Positions 27,005 through 38,691 of a stretch of 64,000 nt of DNA are shown here, piece after piece. Below the pieces are notes generated by a model that was not told the origin of the DNA, did no database searches, and saw nothing but the letters and a program-made list of their open reading frames with translations. This stretch comes from Mobula hypostoma (taxonomy: Eukaryota). The DNA lies in NCBI RefSeq assembly GCF_963921235.1, contig NC_086128.1, positions 13,516,001 through 13,580,000 on the forward strand. The letters run 5' to 3'. Numbering within the stretch: position 1 is the stretch's first letter; each line of letters begins with the position of its first letter. The position numbers and the translations under genes are program-made.

Positions 27005-27213
27005 GCAGCACAGTTCTCTTCTGTTCCATTGGAAGGCTTGCTGCAAGAGATGGAGAAAAGGAGAGACATTTGATGTCCACAGGAGAACAAGAGATCTTCT
27101 AGACATGTTCAGCAGTGGGAGGAGGTAGATGTGCCTGCATTTTCTGGGGTCAATCCCTCACTATCTGGATGGAGTGCTGCAAAAAGTTCAATCACCTCAC
27201 TGGAGTGGTCCAA
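27005..27213 (+). pseudogene. Harbinger ORF1 Myb/SANT-like DNA-binding domain relic
   Basis: Translates AAQFSSVPLEGLLQEMEKRRDI*CPQ..RSSRHVQQWEEV then, after a frameshift, WMECCKKFNHLTGVVQ followed by a gtcagt donor-like site; fits the F...LE.L...E.RRD.L...W.EV...W.QC.KKFNDL pattern. Confidence 0.7.
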
Positions 27214-28390
27214 GTCAGTGAATGCATCTTCAAATATCATATCCCATTAATTGCTTTGCTAGCCTCAGACACTTAATACATCACAACCTATCACCCATCA
27301 ACAATTACTCACCTATCAACAATTTCTATCAATCAGACTCCTACCTAAAATTCATATGTTTCATAAACCCCTGAAATACTTGGCATTTTGGCAAAGCTTG
27401 AAACTACATTCCACAATAGCAGACGTTGAAGGCTGTTCAACCACGAAAGCCACATTAATGCCATTCCCTCAGTCCCCTTGTTGTTGCCTCTCAACCAGCC
27501 AGCCCAGACTGCTACCACTCATGTGAAGAAGGGGCAGTCTAAAGCTGTGCCATTCAAAGTTATGGCTGCCCAGTGTTGGCTTCCAAGGCTGTTCTGTGGT
27601 CTTCTTTGCTGAAAATTGGCAGCCTTCCTCCTACCACCCCACACCCAACAACATAAAATCCAGATAACATTCTACACTGCAGTGCTAATAATTGGGACAT
27701 GTGGCCATTTTTCCTCTCATTTTCTTTGTGGACACTCAGTCGAGATGCAAGTGTAGGCACTAACTTAATGTAGACCAAATGCACTCTGTGGGGCCTTCCT
27801 GCTCTGAGTGGGTCTGCCAGTAACTGGGCCACTGGGGCAGACCATGTATTCATAATGACTATTACTTCCCTGTACCTCTGACATGGTACCAAGGCATCCA
27901 CCAGCACTGCTGCAGTAGAATAAACCTTACGCATAATTTACAGGCCAGAACCTGGCTATTTTGCCAACCTGGTCTATGCTGCACAAGTGGCAGAAAGGAT
28001 ACATCAGTATCCAAAGGATACCTTCCAAGCCATATTACACTTCAGACATCCTCAAGAATCTAGAATTTCAAATTAATTATTAGGAAAGTGATTTCAAGTA
28101 TGATTAAATTCAAGTAATCTGATAACACAGCAATAGTCTGAAATATGCAGCAATTAATTGAGACTAAATTAATTCATCTCAATGCATATTTCACCCTAAT
28201 TATTTAATAGTAATTTCTGGGAATCATTTTGCAAAGATATTTAAAAATATTTAAAAAGCCAAAGTATTTAGATGTCTTTTTTAAAATTTTTTAAAAAACA
28301 CATTTCATGATAAGGAATATTGGAACACCTCTCCATATATCATCATCAAGTATTTCCACCAGAGATGACAAATATTCACTGATCCCAGCT

Positions 28391-28576
28391 TTACCACAGT
28401 CTTGGAACAACACTTCCCGCTTCATTACATTCAGTCAAATGGTGCAATGTACATTCCAAAAAGTTCATTTGAACTGAATGGAATTTTGAGGTCTTGTTAA
28501 ACCAAAATGCAAAGTACCCAGATTCAACTTGACCCACATAAAAACTTACATGTGAAGAGACAGCAATTTGCAACAT
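28391..28576 (-). pseudogene. Harbinger transposase relic
   Basis: SSHVSF...FNKTSKFHSVQMNFLEC...AGS resembles THVAI...FINRKGFHSLNVQLVC...PGS. Confidence 0.45.
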
Positions 28577-31175
28577 GGACCTTTGTTATGGCATTCATTC
28601 ACATAATGCCAATATTTATTGTCTGTCCCTAATTGCTCTTGAACTAAGATGATTGTTAAGAGTCAATCACATTACTGATTACAGATCCGGGTCTGATTAC
28701 AGATCCAGGCCAGATTGAAGATGAATCTCAAAGCTGTATATAGAATACATAACTTGATAATAAATGTACTTTGAACTTTGATTGGAGAAGCTTTCTTCCC
28801 CTGAAGGACATCATTAAACCAAGTAATACAGTAATTTCAAGGCAGCCATTACTAAATACATACAGTATTTCACTTCTTTTACACACTACACATTGGTATA
28901 ATAAATGTTCCAGTGAACCCAGTAAGTTTAAGAGGAGTGGAAAATATACAAGCACTCAGGACCCTGACTCTGATTGCAAACCCAGCCTCTCGCCGAACCC
29001 ACAGCTCTGGCCGTACAGTCTGTTTGCACCCTGGACCCCCAGCTCACACCGGACTAATGAGTGAACCAGATACCAAATCATCAGAACGGGATGACAAATT
29101 ATTGGAATTTTACTATAATTTGAAAATAATAATGATAACGTAATGCAGGGTCATATGTTAACTCTGGATATTTGACACACTCAAAGGAATTAAAAATGGG
29201 GAAGTTGTAGGTCTATGGAGATGGGTCATAAATCTGTCATGACTCTGCCAAATAGAGAAATAAAGTCAAGGGGCTAAATAGTCTCCTCTAGATCCTCTCT
29301 TCCAGTGTTGCTGATGATGAATATTACCAACACCAGTGTTTGATTGGAGAGAAGAATGGATTCAACCAGATCTAGAGAAGGTAAGCAGTGAAAAATTCCA
29401 AAGGTAACAAATAATTCTTTAATTTTATGCCTTGCCCGAGGTGAAAATGGCAGCATGTAGGCACAGAACTTGTACTGTAGTAACTATGCAGCTTATTAAC
29501 ATTTTTATGTTATTAGGTACAGTTGCATTGCTGCTAGATTGGGTCTGAGGCCGATGATGGGGCAACCAACAAGAGGGAAAAACCTACTTAATCTCTTCCT
29601 CACCAGTCTACCTGCCGCAGATGCATCTGTCCACAATAGTATTGGTAGAAGTGCCCACTGCACAGCCCTCGTGGAGAGGAATCCCCATCTTCATGGTGAA
29701 AATACACTTCATCGTGTTGTGTGGTACAACCTAAATGGGGGCAGACTATGAGTAGATCTAGCAGCTCAGGATTGGGTATCCATGAGGTGCCATCGGCCAC
29801 CAGTTGTCATAAGGGGCGGCTGGGTGCGGACCCAAATGCAAGACACAGACACTGAAGTACTAGGAACAGGACAGGACTAGAGTTAGGGACGTGACTGGAT
29901 GCAGACTAGGAGCTGGGACAAGAACACAGACTTGGGCTAGGACATTGGCTAGGCAAGCGGGACCAGGACTAGGAACTGGGAACTAGGAGCCTGGGCTTGG
30001 ACTCCGAGCCAGAGACTGGTCAAGTCCCAGGTTCTGGGTCCTTGTCTCGGGCTCGGACCCCGGAACTAGGTGAGGATATGACATGGCTACCGGACTGGAC
30101 ATGGCTTGGATTCTTTGTGGCTTGGATATGGACTCCGAGCTAGAGACTGGGCAAGGACCCAGAATCTGGGTCTTGACTCTGGCTTGGACTCCAGAACTAG
30201 ACGAAGATATGACATGGCTGCAGGACTGGACATGGAACTCCTGCCCAGGACAAGGCACGCAGACAGGATGAGGTTCTTGGACGTGGCTTGGACAGGACGA
30301 GGTTCTTTTGGACGTGCCTTGGACAGGACGACGGAACCCCAGCACAGGGCTGGGCGAGGCACATGGACAGGATGAGAATACGAAGCCTTGACTAGGTTGA
30401 GGGAGACAGGAACGCAGAGCCTTGGTCTTGGGAGACAGGAACGTAGAATCTTGGTTGAGGGAGGACAGGAACGCAGAGACATGGAACACAGAGCCAGGAC
30501 CCATCCTTGGGAACAGGACTTGGGGCCAGGGCTCTACACAGAGTCAGGACCCCTCCTAGGGAGCAGAACGTAGGGCCAGCACTCGTACACAGAGAGACAG
30601 TTCCCAACACAAGGTAGCAGCAAACGGTCAGACCTACCTAGGAAGGCGTGGACACAGAAGGATCCCAACACAAGATAGCGGCAAACGGCCGGACCTACCT
30701 AGTGAAGGTGTGGACACAAAGACAGTTCAAAACAATGATGGACAGTTCCTCATCTTGCTCCAGCAGTTGAACTCGACAGTGGTGCAGGTGAAGATTGCAG
30801 GCAAGGCTCCAGGGCAAGGCAAGGCTCCAGACACAGGTTGCAGCTCAAGACTTCAGGAGGAAGGGGCAGAGAAGGAATTCAGACAAGGGGTCTGGACAGG
30901 AACAATCCAACAACTGAAGCTTCTTCTTGTGTTGTTTTATGGCGGTTGGGAAACCAGCTTTTAGGTGCATTACCACCACCTGCTACACTGGAGTGTGGAT
31001 CATTGGATAAACAGGAGAAGGGAAAAGAATTGTATTCCCTATATTCTATATAATAAACCTGAGTCTTTCAGATACTTCATGATACGGATCTGTATTTCTC
31101 TTGAATTCCCACTTAAAATGTCTTCTATACCCACATCAGTTTATCTTAAGTGCTCCTAACATCTTCACTTTTTTT

Positions 31176-34100
31176 TTAATAATACTTCTTACATTTTATC
31201 AATACATGTTCAACTGTTTCTGGTTGATTACAGTATTCACACAACCCAGTTGGATGTTTCCCTATTTTGTGTAATGTAAAATTAAGACTAGTGTGTCCAA
31301 TTCTCAAATGACTGATGATCACTTCTCTCTTTCTATATCCACTTGACAATCTTTTGTATCTGACTTGCCTCTGTATTTTGTACAGTTGTCTCCCTGTTTC
31401 ACTCTCATCCCAGTGCTTCTGCCATGTCTCCTCAATACGTGTTTTTATAATGCCCTTGACTTCCACTTTGCTAAGAGGGATCTGGACCTCTATTATAGAT
31501 GATTTGAGCGATTGTTTAGCCATATTATCCACCTTTTCATTACCCTCCACTCCACAATGAGCAGGAACCCAAAGAGAGCTTACTTCTACCCCATTTTTGG
31601 TCAGTGTATGTAACTTGCATAAAATCTCCAATAAAATATCCTGTCTACTTTCTGATTTCCTTGATTTGATCGAGGTTAATGCAGACAAACTGTCTGAACA
31701 GACCACAGCCTTTTTGGTATTATTTTCTTCTATCCAAGATAATGCTCTCAATATTGCCATCAATTCTGTTGTATGCACTGATAAATGGTTTGATGTCCTT
31801 TTCCTGATACTAGTTTTGCACTGAGGAATGTAGACTGCAATACCTATCTGGCCAGATCTAGGGTCTTTTGATCCATCCATAAATATTACAAGTTCATTTC
31901 TAAAATGCAAGTCTATATATTCTTGTACTATCTATTTGATTCCATAGTTAGACTTTTTTTAAAAAAGTTGTTGCAGTTTTTTTTATCTACTGTATGCATT
32001 GTAAAGAGCCATGGAGGAACATCAGATATTGGAACTGTAAGGTTATATTCCATTTTTGTGTTGCTGCATCCCCAATCCATCCAAAGCTATTATAACTTGA
32101 CTTATTATGTTCCCAGCGGTCTTTTAATATAGCTTTAGCTGGATGTGAGTAGTTATGTCCTATGATATTAACCCAGTAATTTAGCATTAGCTTTACTCTT
32201 CCAAGTCTTAAAGGCATTTCCCCCATTTCGACCTGAGGAGCTGATATAGGTGATGTTCTGAATGCACCACTACATATCCTGAGGGCCTGGGCTTGCTCAT
32301 CATCCAGCATTTTTAAATTACTTTCTGCAGCTGACATGTACGCTACACTTCCATAATCCAATGTAGCCCTCATTAAAGCTTGATAAATATTGAATAGCGA
32401 TATCCTGCTCGCACCCCAGTCCTGTCCGGCAAGATCCCTCAATAAGTTATTTATTTTTTTACATTTCTTTGTAATTTTCTTGATTTGCTTTTTCCATGCA
32501 AGTTTCTCATCAAGTAACAAACCAAGGAACCAAATTACCTTTACCTGCTCTAATTTTTGTTCATATAATTTCACAGAAACTGGGTTGTGAATTCTTGAGC
32601 AACATATCACTTGTGACTTACTTGTAGACAATTTGAAACCCCATTTATTTGCCCACTCCTCCACTTTATTTATTGCATCTTGAATTTCCTTTGTATATAA
32701 ATTAAATTTCTCCCCCTCACCCATAAAGCCCCATCATCTGCATACAAGGATTTCCCCTCACTATGTCCAACTTGCGCAAATATGTCATTTATCGCTATGG
32801 AAAATAGTAACGGACTGCAGACACTACCTTGTGGTGTTCCATTTTCAACCAAATAGGTCCTGGAGTACTGTTTCCACCTTGACTTGAATTGCTTGACCAA
32901 AAAGAAAGCCTGGAACCCAATTATATAATTTTCCTTCCACCCCTAGTTCTTTCAATTTAATTAACACTCCCTCTTTCCAGAGCATATCGTATGCCTTTTC
33001 TATGTCAAAAAATACTGCCAGGACCATTTCTTTATTTGTTTGAGCCTTCCTAATTTCAGATTCCAAGCTAAGTATTGAATCTACTGTAGTTCTTCCTTTA
33101 CGAAAACCACTTTGGTAGGGAGAAATAAGATTTCTTTTTTCTAGAAAGTATGTAAGCCTATCAGTTATGATTCATTCCATAAGTTTACCTAGCTGTGAAG
33201 TTAGTGCAATTGGTCTATAATTTGTTGGGATGAATCTTTACTGGGTTTTAATACTGGAACAACAACAGAAGTGCACTTCTTGATAAATGCTTCAGTATTA
33301 TACCCCATACTTGATCCTTCCCAGGAGAAGTTGGTCGCGCATTCGTAATGGCTCTTTCTATTTCTGTTATGCTAATGGGTGTATCCAGTACTTCTTCTGA
33401 CGTTGCTCTTTTGTCCGTAATTCCTGAATTTTGCTTAAGCCTCTCCTCCCTTTGCTGTCTAGCCTCGACTGTCAAATTCTCCGAGCTATGTATGTTTACA
33501 AAAGTCTTTGCCAATATTGCTGTTTTTTTCTACCTTGTTAATTGCCATTTTGTCCTTACTTTTTAAGCACAGGAATCTCTTTACTACTTCTTATACCATT
33601 CATTTTCCTTATCATGCCCCATATTTCAGACAGTTGAGTTTCTCTTCCAATTTTGTTACAATACTGTCTCCAAAATGCTCGCTTTGCTTGTCTGATTGTT
33701 TTCCGAACTTCTGCTTGTGCCCTTTTATATTGTATTAATGTTTCTACTGAATGTTGTCTTTTTAACATTTTAAATGATTTATTTCTTGCTTTTACACTTC
33801 TACTACATTCACAATTCCACCATAGAACAGTTTTCCTCTTTCCTGTACCTTTACTTTTCGGAATTGTTTTTACTACCGAATTTATAATTGCTGTGACCAA
33901 TTTATCATTCATTTCTTCTATATCTGATATATTTTCATTGAAAATCTTTGTGCATCTTACTTCACTTCTTTTTTGAAATATCTCCCACTCTGCCTTATTT
34001 AGTTTCCACCTTGACACTCTAGATCCTACATTTTGTTCTATTTTAACCTGAATCCTTGTGAGTATGGGATAGTGATCACTTCCTACTGTAGTTTGTTTCA

Positions 34101-34690
34101 ATACGTTCCAAGTACTGATTCCTGCTAATTCTCTACTTGCAAATGTTAAATCTATTGCAGTTTATGTTTTGGGATATATTATATCTTGTACCTCCTCCAT
34201 TATTTATACATATCAGTTTTTCATCACCTAGAAATTCTTCTATCACTAATCTGTTTTCATCCACATTTTTACATCCCCATCGTGTACTGTGTCCATTGAA
34301 ATCCCCACACCATATTATTTTCCCTTTCATCCCACCACCCAATTTGTTTAATGTATCTTTGCTTAGTCTTCTACATGGATTACAATAGTTTATTATTACC
34401 AAACTTTCTCTGCCTATCCATATTCTGATTATTATTGATTCATACTTCTACCCTATGTTGACTATATTATATCTCATCCCACTGGCTATAAATATTGCTA
34501 CTCCTCCACCATTGCCATTGCTTCTCTCCCTCCTAATTGCTGTATATCCTTGTAAAACAAAATCTAATTGTGGGTTCAACCATGTTTCTTGTATACATAG
34601 AATCCGAGGTTTTTCCTTAAGTTCTGATACACATTTCTTAAATTCTTGACCATTTGCGATGACTCCTTGCATTCCATTACAAAATATATA
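31176..34690 (-). pseudogene. Nimb/I ORF2 (AP endonuclease, reverse transcriptase, RNase H), frameshifted
   Basis: LCIQETW, GDFNGH, SDHYPI; FFDIEKAYD, GTPQGSVCSPLLF, YADD; IFMDGSK, ELMAI, SDSLSAL, WVPAHCGVEGNEKVD; CEYC..PETVEHVLIKC. Confidence 0.92.
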
Positions 34691-34696
34691 TTGCTA

Positions 34697-35867
34697 TTAA
34701 GATCCCACCTCCCCTGCCTGTGATCTGTTTGATCCTCCATTCAGCGTTTTTTCAACTGCTTCCCACCTAAGCCCTGTAATACCAAGATATTTTTCTGCAG
34801 ACGACTATAATTTTAATTTTTTCTGTTCTTTTGTCTGTTTGCGCTGAACAGTTAATTGCATCTACCATAAACAGTACGAAATCTTTTCTATTCATTATTA
34901 GTGTGTCCCTATTTATCATATTACAGCCCTCACAGTTCACTGGTTTATTATTCCCTGTACTTGTTTGCTTAGTAGCTTTCTCCTTTTCAGCAAAACCTTT
35001 CACTGCCTCAGCGTAACTAATCCCTCGAGTTACTTTTACATATTGTATCTCAGCTGCCTTCTTGCTATAAATGCACCCTTGATAAGCTGCACTGTGTTCC
35101 TCGCCACAATTGCAACATTTCAGCCTAGCTCCCACCTCACATTTCCCATATTCATGTTCTCCAGTGCATCTTCCACATCTTTGTTTCCCTCTGCGGACCG
35201 CCGCAACGTGCCCGAATTTCTGACATTTAACACATCTTAAAGGCGGTGGTATATATATTCTGACCTCATAACACATATACCCTAAGTAAACTTTAGTCAG
35301 CAATCTCTCTTCATCAAAGTTAATCATCACCGATAAACTATCACACTTTTTCCCATCTCTTGTAACTTTCAAACGTTTGGCCTCAATAATCTTTGCTCCT
35401 TTTATGTTCTGTTTAATCTCATCCATAGTAACTTTTGTTGGTATCCCCAAAATAACTCCTCTAGTCCACTTTCTATTGTCGAGTATTGAGCATTGTACTT
35501 TTTTTTGCTGTCTATTTTATTTAATCTTATCACTTTGCCTTGTTGAGCACTATCCCGACATATCACTAATAGCGATCCATTTCGTAATACCTTGGCTCTT
35601 ATGACTTCGCCTACAAGTTTGTTGATTACCTTCGTCAAATAAATTGGGTTCCAATCCCTGAAAGATGCCCCCTCTTCGCTCAGTTTTATAATTGCTTTAA
35701 TCTCATCTTCTTTCCATTCTTTTGCTATCCTTTTTCGATTATCCCCTGACCCCTCAGAATTTTACTGCTCATACCTGTTTTCTTTTCTTACTCTTTACAC
35801 TCCATTCCGCTTTCTTGCCATCTTCCATCTCTAACTCACTTTCCGAATTGTCACTTCCTCCTGCCAT
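34697..35867 (-). pseudogene. Nimb/I ORF1 gag-like nucleic acid chaperone, frameshifted
   Basis: PPLRCVKCQKFGH, RCGRCTGEH and KCCNCGEEH zinc knuckles; likely start MAGGSDNSESE at 35867. Confidence 0.88.
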
Positions 35868-36061
35868 CCTCCATCTATTCACAGTCTAGATGTTTAGCTA
35901 ACCGCCGTCGTCCTCCGAAAAACCAGCAAAAATCCAATGCAAAACACTGCAGGCAGAACTCCAGTCGTCTCTCCCCCCCAGCCCAGCTCAGCAACTGAAG
36001 CTGAAGCAAGGAGCTATTTACGTAGCCAGCCCAAAATGTGAATCAGCTGCCTCAATTAGAG

Positions 36062-36865
36062 CAGGGGTCCCCAACCTTTTTTGCACCGCGGACCAGTTTA
36101 ATATTGACAATATTCTTGCAGACCGGCCGACCAGGGGTGGGGGTGGTGTTCAAGTAGGGTTAAACTCACCTCACCTCAACGTCTTTTACAGTTAGTGTTG
36201 TCAACTTTCTCACTCCCAAATAAGGGACAAAAGTAGCAGTGAAATCCCGGGACACTTCTGTTTACCCCAGGAAAGACTACCATGACCATGAAGCCTTGCG
36301 TGGGCACCTGTGTGCGCATGTGTGAGTGACATGTGCATATGTGATGTTCGCATGCGCGGATATGCCGATTTTTTTCCCCCCACAAATCGGTTTTGGTTTG
36401 ATCTTCCCGACTACACTGTACATACATTATTTCTACTTTATATAGGCTGTGTATTTATCATATCATTCCTGCTTTTACTATATGTTACTGTTATTTTAGG
36501 TTTTATGTATTATTTGGTAGGTTATTTTTTGGGTCTGAGAATGCTCAAAAATTTTTTCCCATATAAATTAATGGTAATTGCTTCTTCGCTTTACGCCATT
36601 TCGGCACGAAAGGTTTCATAGGAACGCTCTACATTAGCAGGGGAAATACGGGACAAGGGCAGCCCTGTATGGGACAAGCCAATTTAGCCCAATATACAGG
36701 ATGTCCCAGCAAATACAAAACAGTTGGCAACCCTATGTTCAAGTTCAACAGTGTGTGACAGGGAATGAGGAAAGGTGCAGCTGACCCATATCGTTTCCTC
36801 ACGGCCTGGTAGCACATGCTCTGCAGCCCGGTGCCGGTCTGTGGCCCGGTGGTTGGGGAACACTG
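36062..36865. mobile_element. hAT (Charlie-like) MITE
   Basis: TIRs CAGGGGTCCCCAACC / GGTTGGGGAACACTG (13 of 15 match); 8-bp TSD aattagag at 36054-36061 and 36866-36873. Confidence 0.92.
36155..36735. mobile_element. Second hAT (Blackjack-like) MITE nested in the first
   Basis: Ends TAGGGTT / AACCCTA, with a longer TIR copy tagtgttgtcaact at 36193-36206; 8-bp TSD tgttcaag at 36147-36154 and 36736-36743. Confidence 0.8.
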
Positions 36866-37098
36866 AATTAGAGAACCCAACAGAAAAAGGGAAAACCAGA
36901 AAACCTGGAATAAGGACCAGAATCCGGACTTTTACGGACCAGACCATGACAGTAACCCCCTCTATGGGAGCCTCCTGGCGACCCAAAAGGCTTCCCCAGA
37001 TTATGGATGACACGGGCGGGTGGGGGGACATTCAACAGGAGAGAACCCAGGATAGCGAGAGATAAACAACAGTGTCTGTGTTGCTGGTTCCACGTCTA

Positions 37099-37110
37099 GC
37101 TGGACTGTTC
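37099..37110 (-). promoter_or_regulatory. Self-priming primer-binding site of the mini-Gypsy element
   Basis: GAACAGTCCAGC directly after the 5' LTR, complementary to LTR sequence at 38077-38088, which starts 30 nt downstream of a CATAAATA box (38111-38118). Confidence 0.7.
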
Positions 37111-38334
37111 TGTCATAAGGGGGCGGCTGGGAGCAGACCCAAATGCAAGACACGGACACTGAAGTACTAGGAACAGGTTAGGACTAGAGACTAGAGTTAG
37201 GGACGTGACTGGATGCAGACTAGGAGCTGAGACAAGAACACAGACTTGGGCTAGGACATTTACTAGGCAAGCAGGACCAGGACTAGGAACTGGGAACTAA
37301 AAGCCTGGGCTTGGACTCCGAGCCAGAGACTGGACAAAGACCCAGGACCTGGGTCTTGTCTCAGGCTCGGACCCCGGAACTAGGCGAGGACACAACATGG
37401 CTACCGGACTGGACATGGCTTGGGTTTCTTCGAGGCTTGGGTATGGACTCCGAGTTAGAGACTGGGCAAGGACCCAGAACCTGGGTCTTGACTTGGGCTC
37501 GGACCCCAGAACTAGACAAAGACATGACGTGGCTACAGGACTGGACGTGGAACTCCTGCACAGGACACGGTGCACGGACAGGACAACAGAACCCCAGCAC
37601 AGGACTGGGCGTGGTACTCCTGGGCTGGGCAAGGCACATGGACAGGACAGGAACGCAGAGCCCTGGTCTAGAGGGCGACAGCAACACAGAGCCCTGGTCT
37701 GGTGGGCGACAGGACTAGAGGCCAGGGCTCTACAGAGTCAGGACCCCTCCTAGGGAGCAGGACATAGGGCCAGGACATACACAGAACACAGAGAGACAGT
37801 TCCAAACACAAGTTAGCAGCAAACAGCCAGACCTACCTAGCAAAGGCATGGACACAGATACAGTTCCCAACACTAGGTATCAGCAAACAGCCAGACCTAC
37901 CTAGCAAAGGCATGGACACAGAGACAGTTCAAAACAACAATAGACAGTTCCTTATCTTGCTCCAGAAGTTGAACTTGACAGCAGTGCAGGCGAGGCGAGG
38001 CTTCAGACACTGGCTGCAGGGCAACACTTCAGGAAGAAGGGGCAGCATAGGGATTCAGACAGGGAGGTTTGGATAGGAACAATTCAGCAACTGAAGCTGA
38101 ACCAAGGAGCTATTTATGTAGCCAGCCCAAAATGTGAATCAGCTGCCTCAATTAGAGCACCCAACAGAAAAAGGGAAAACCAGAAAACCTGGAATAAGGA
38201 ACATGGACCAGACTGTGAACCGGAATCCTGATTTCATGGACCGGACCATAACACCAGTGGGCAACAGAATTTTACTTAACTACAGTCTGCGAGCTGATGG
38301 CGTGGCATACCTCCCACTCTTACCAATTTTTGTC

Positions 38335-38690
38335 AGTGTACCATAGAAAGCATTCCATCTGGATGCATAACGGCCTGCCTGTGACCACAAGAAACTGCAG
38401 AGAGATGTGGACACAGCTCAGCACGTTGCAGGAACCAGCCTCCCCTCTATAAACTCAGTCTGTACTACTCACTGTCTCAGTAAAGCAGCCAGCATAATCA
38501 AAGATCTCAAACACCCCAAACATTCTCTAGTCTCCCCTCCCCCACCAGGCACACGATACAAAAGCCTGAAAACATGTACCACCAGGCTCATGGGCAGCTT
38601 CCACCCCACTGTTATCAGACTCTTGAATAGACCTCTTGTACCATAAGATGGGCTCTTGGCCTCACTATCTACCTTACTATGATCTTGCAG
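38335..38690 (+). mobile_element. Rex1/Babar 3' fragment
   Basis: KAASIIKD..HP.HSL...GTRYKSLKTCTTRL..SF.P.VIRLLN. Confidence 0.75.
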
Positions 38691-38691
38691 T

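Larger units (their letters stand above)
30922..35988 (-). mobile_element. Full-length Nimb/I-group LINE (ORF1 zinc knuckles; ORF2 APE-RT-RNase H-CCHC), inactivated
   Basis: Domain motifs in order; (AAG)n tail at 30922; TSD ca(a/g)caactgaagct at 30908-30921 and 35989-36002. Confidence 0.92.
29805..38253 (-). mobile_element. Non-autonomous miniature Gypsy LTR retrotransposon (Tf1/sushi group) with nested insertions
   Basis: TG...CA LTRs: 5' LTR 37111-38253; 3' LTR 29805-36951 (interrupted); 159-bp internal region 36952-37110 with PPT agagggggttac; TSD ccagt at 29800-29804 and 38254-38258; the flanking old LINE continues across the site. Confidence 0.9.

Noticed and set aside
26907-27040. Apparent 134-bp minus-strand exon with strong acceptor and GTGAGT donor
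   Set aside because: The polypyrimidine tract is the antisense of the EMEKRRD codons of the Myb/SANT relic, and the peptide resembles nothing I recognise. Exonisation cannot be excluded without RNA-seq.
29306-29380. Possible 75-bp plus-strand exon (ttccag / AAG-gtaagc)
   Set aside because: Stops in all three frames and no partner exons; at most non-coding and unsupported.
29983-30610. Overlapping 60-170 aa ORFs in the LTRs (also 37297-37753)
   Set aside because: Products of GC-rich internal repeats; frames are not conserved between the two LTRs.
29990-30740. Repeat-spacer-like pattern suggestive of a CRISPR array
   Set aside because: Imperfect tandem duplications within an LTR, no unique spacers, no cas genes, eukaryotic context.
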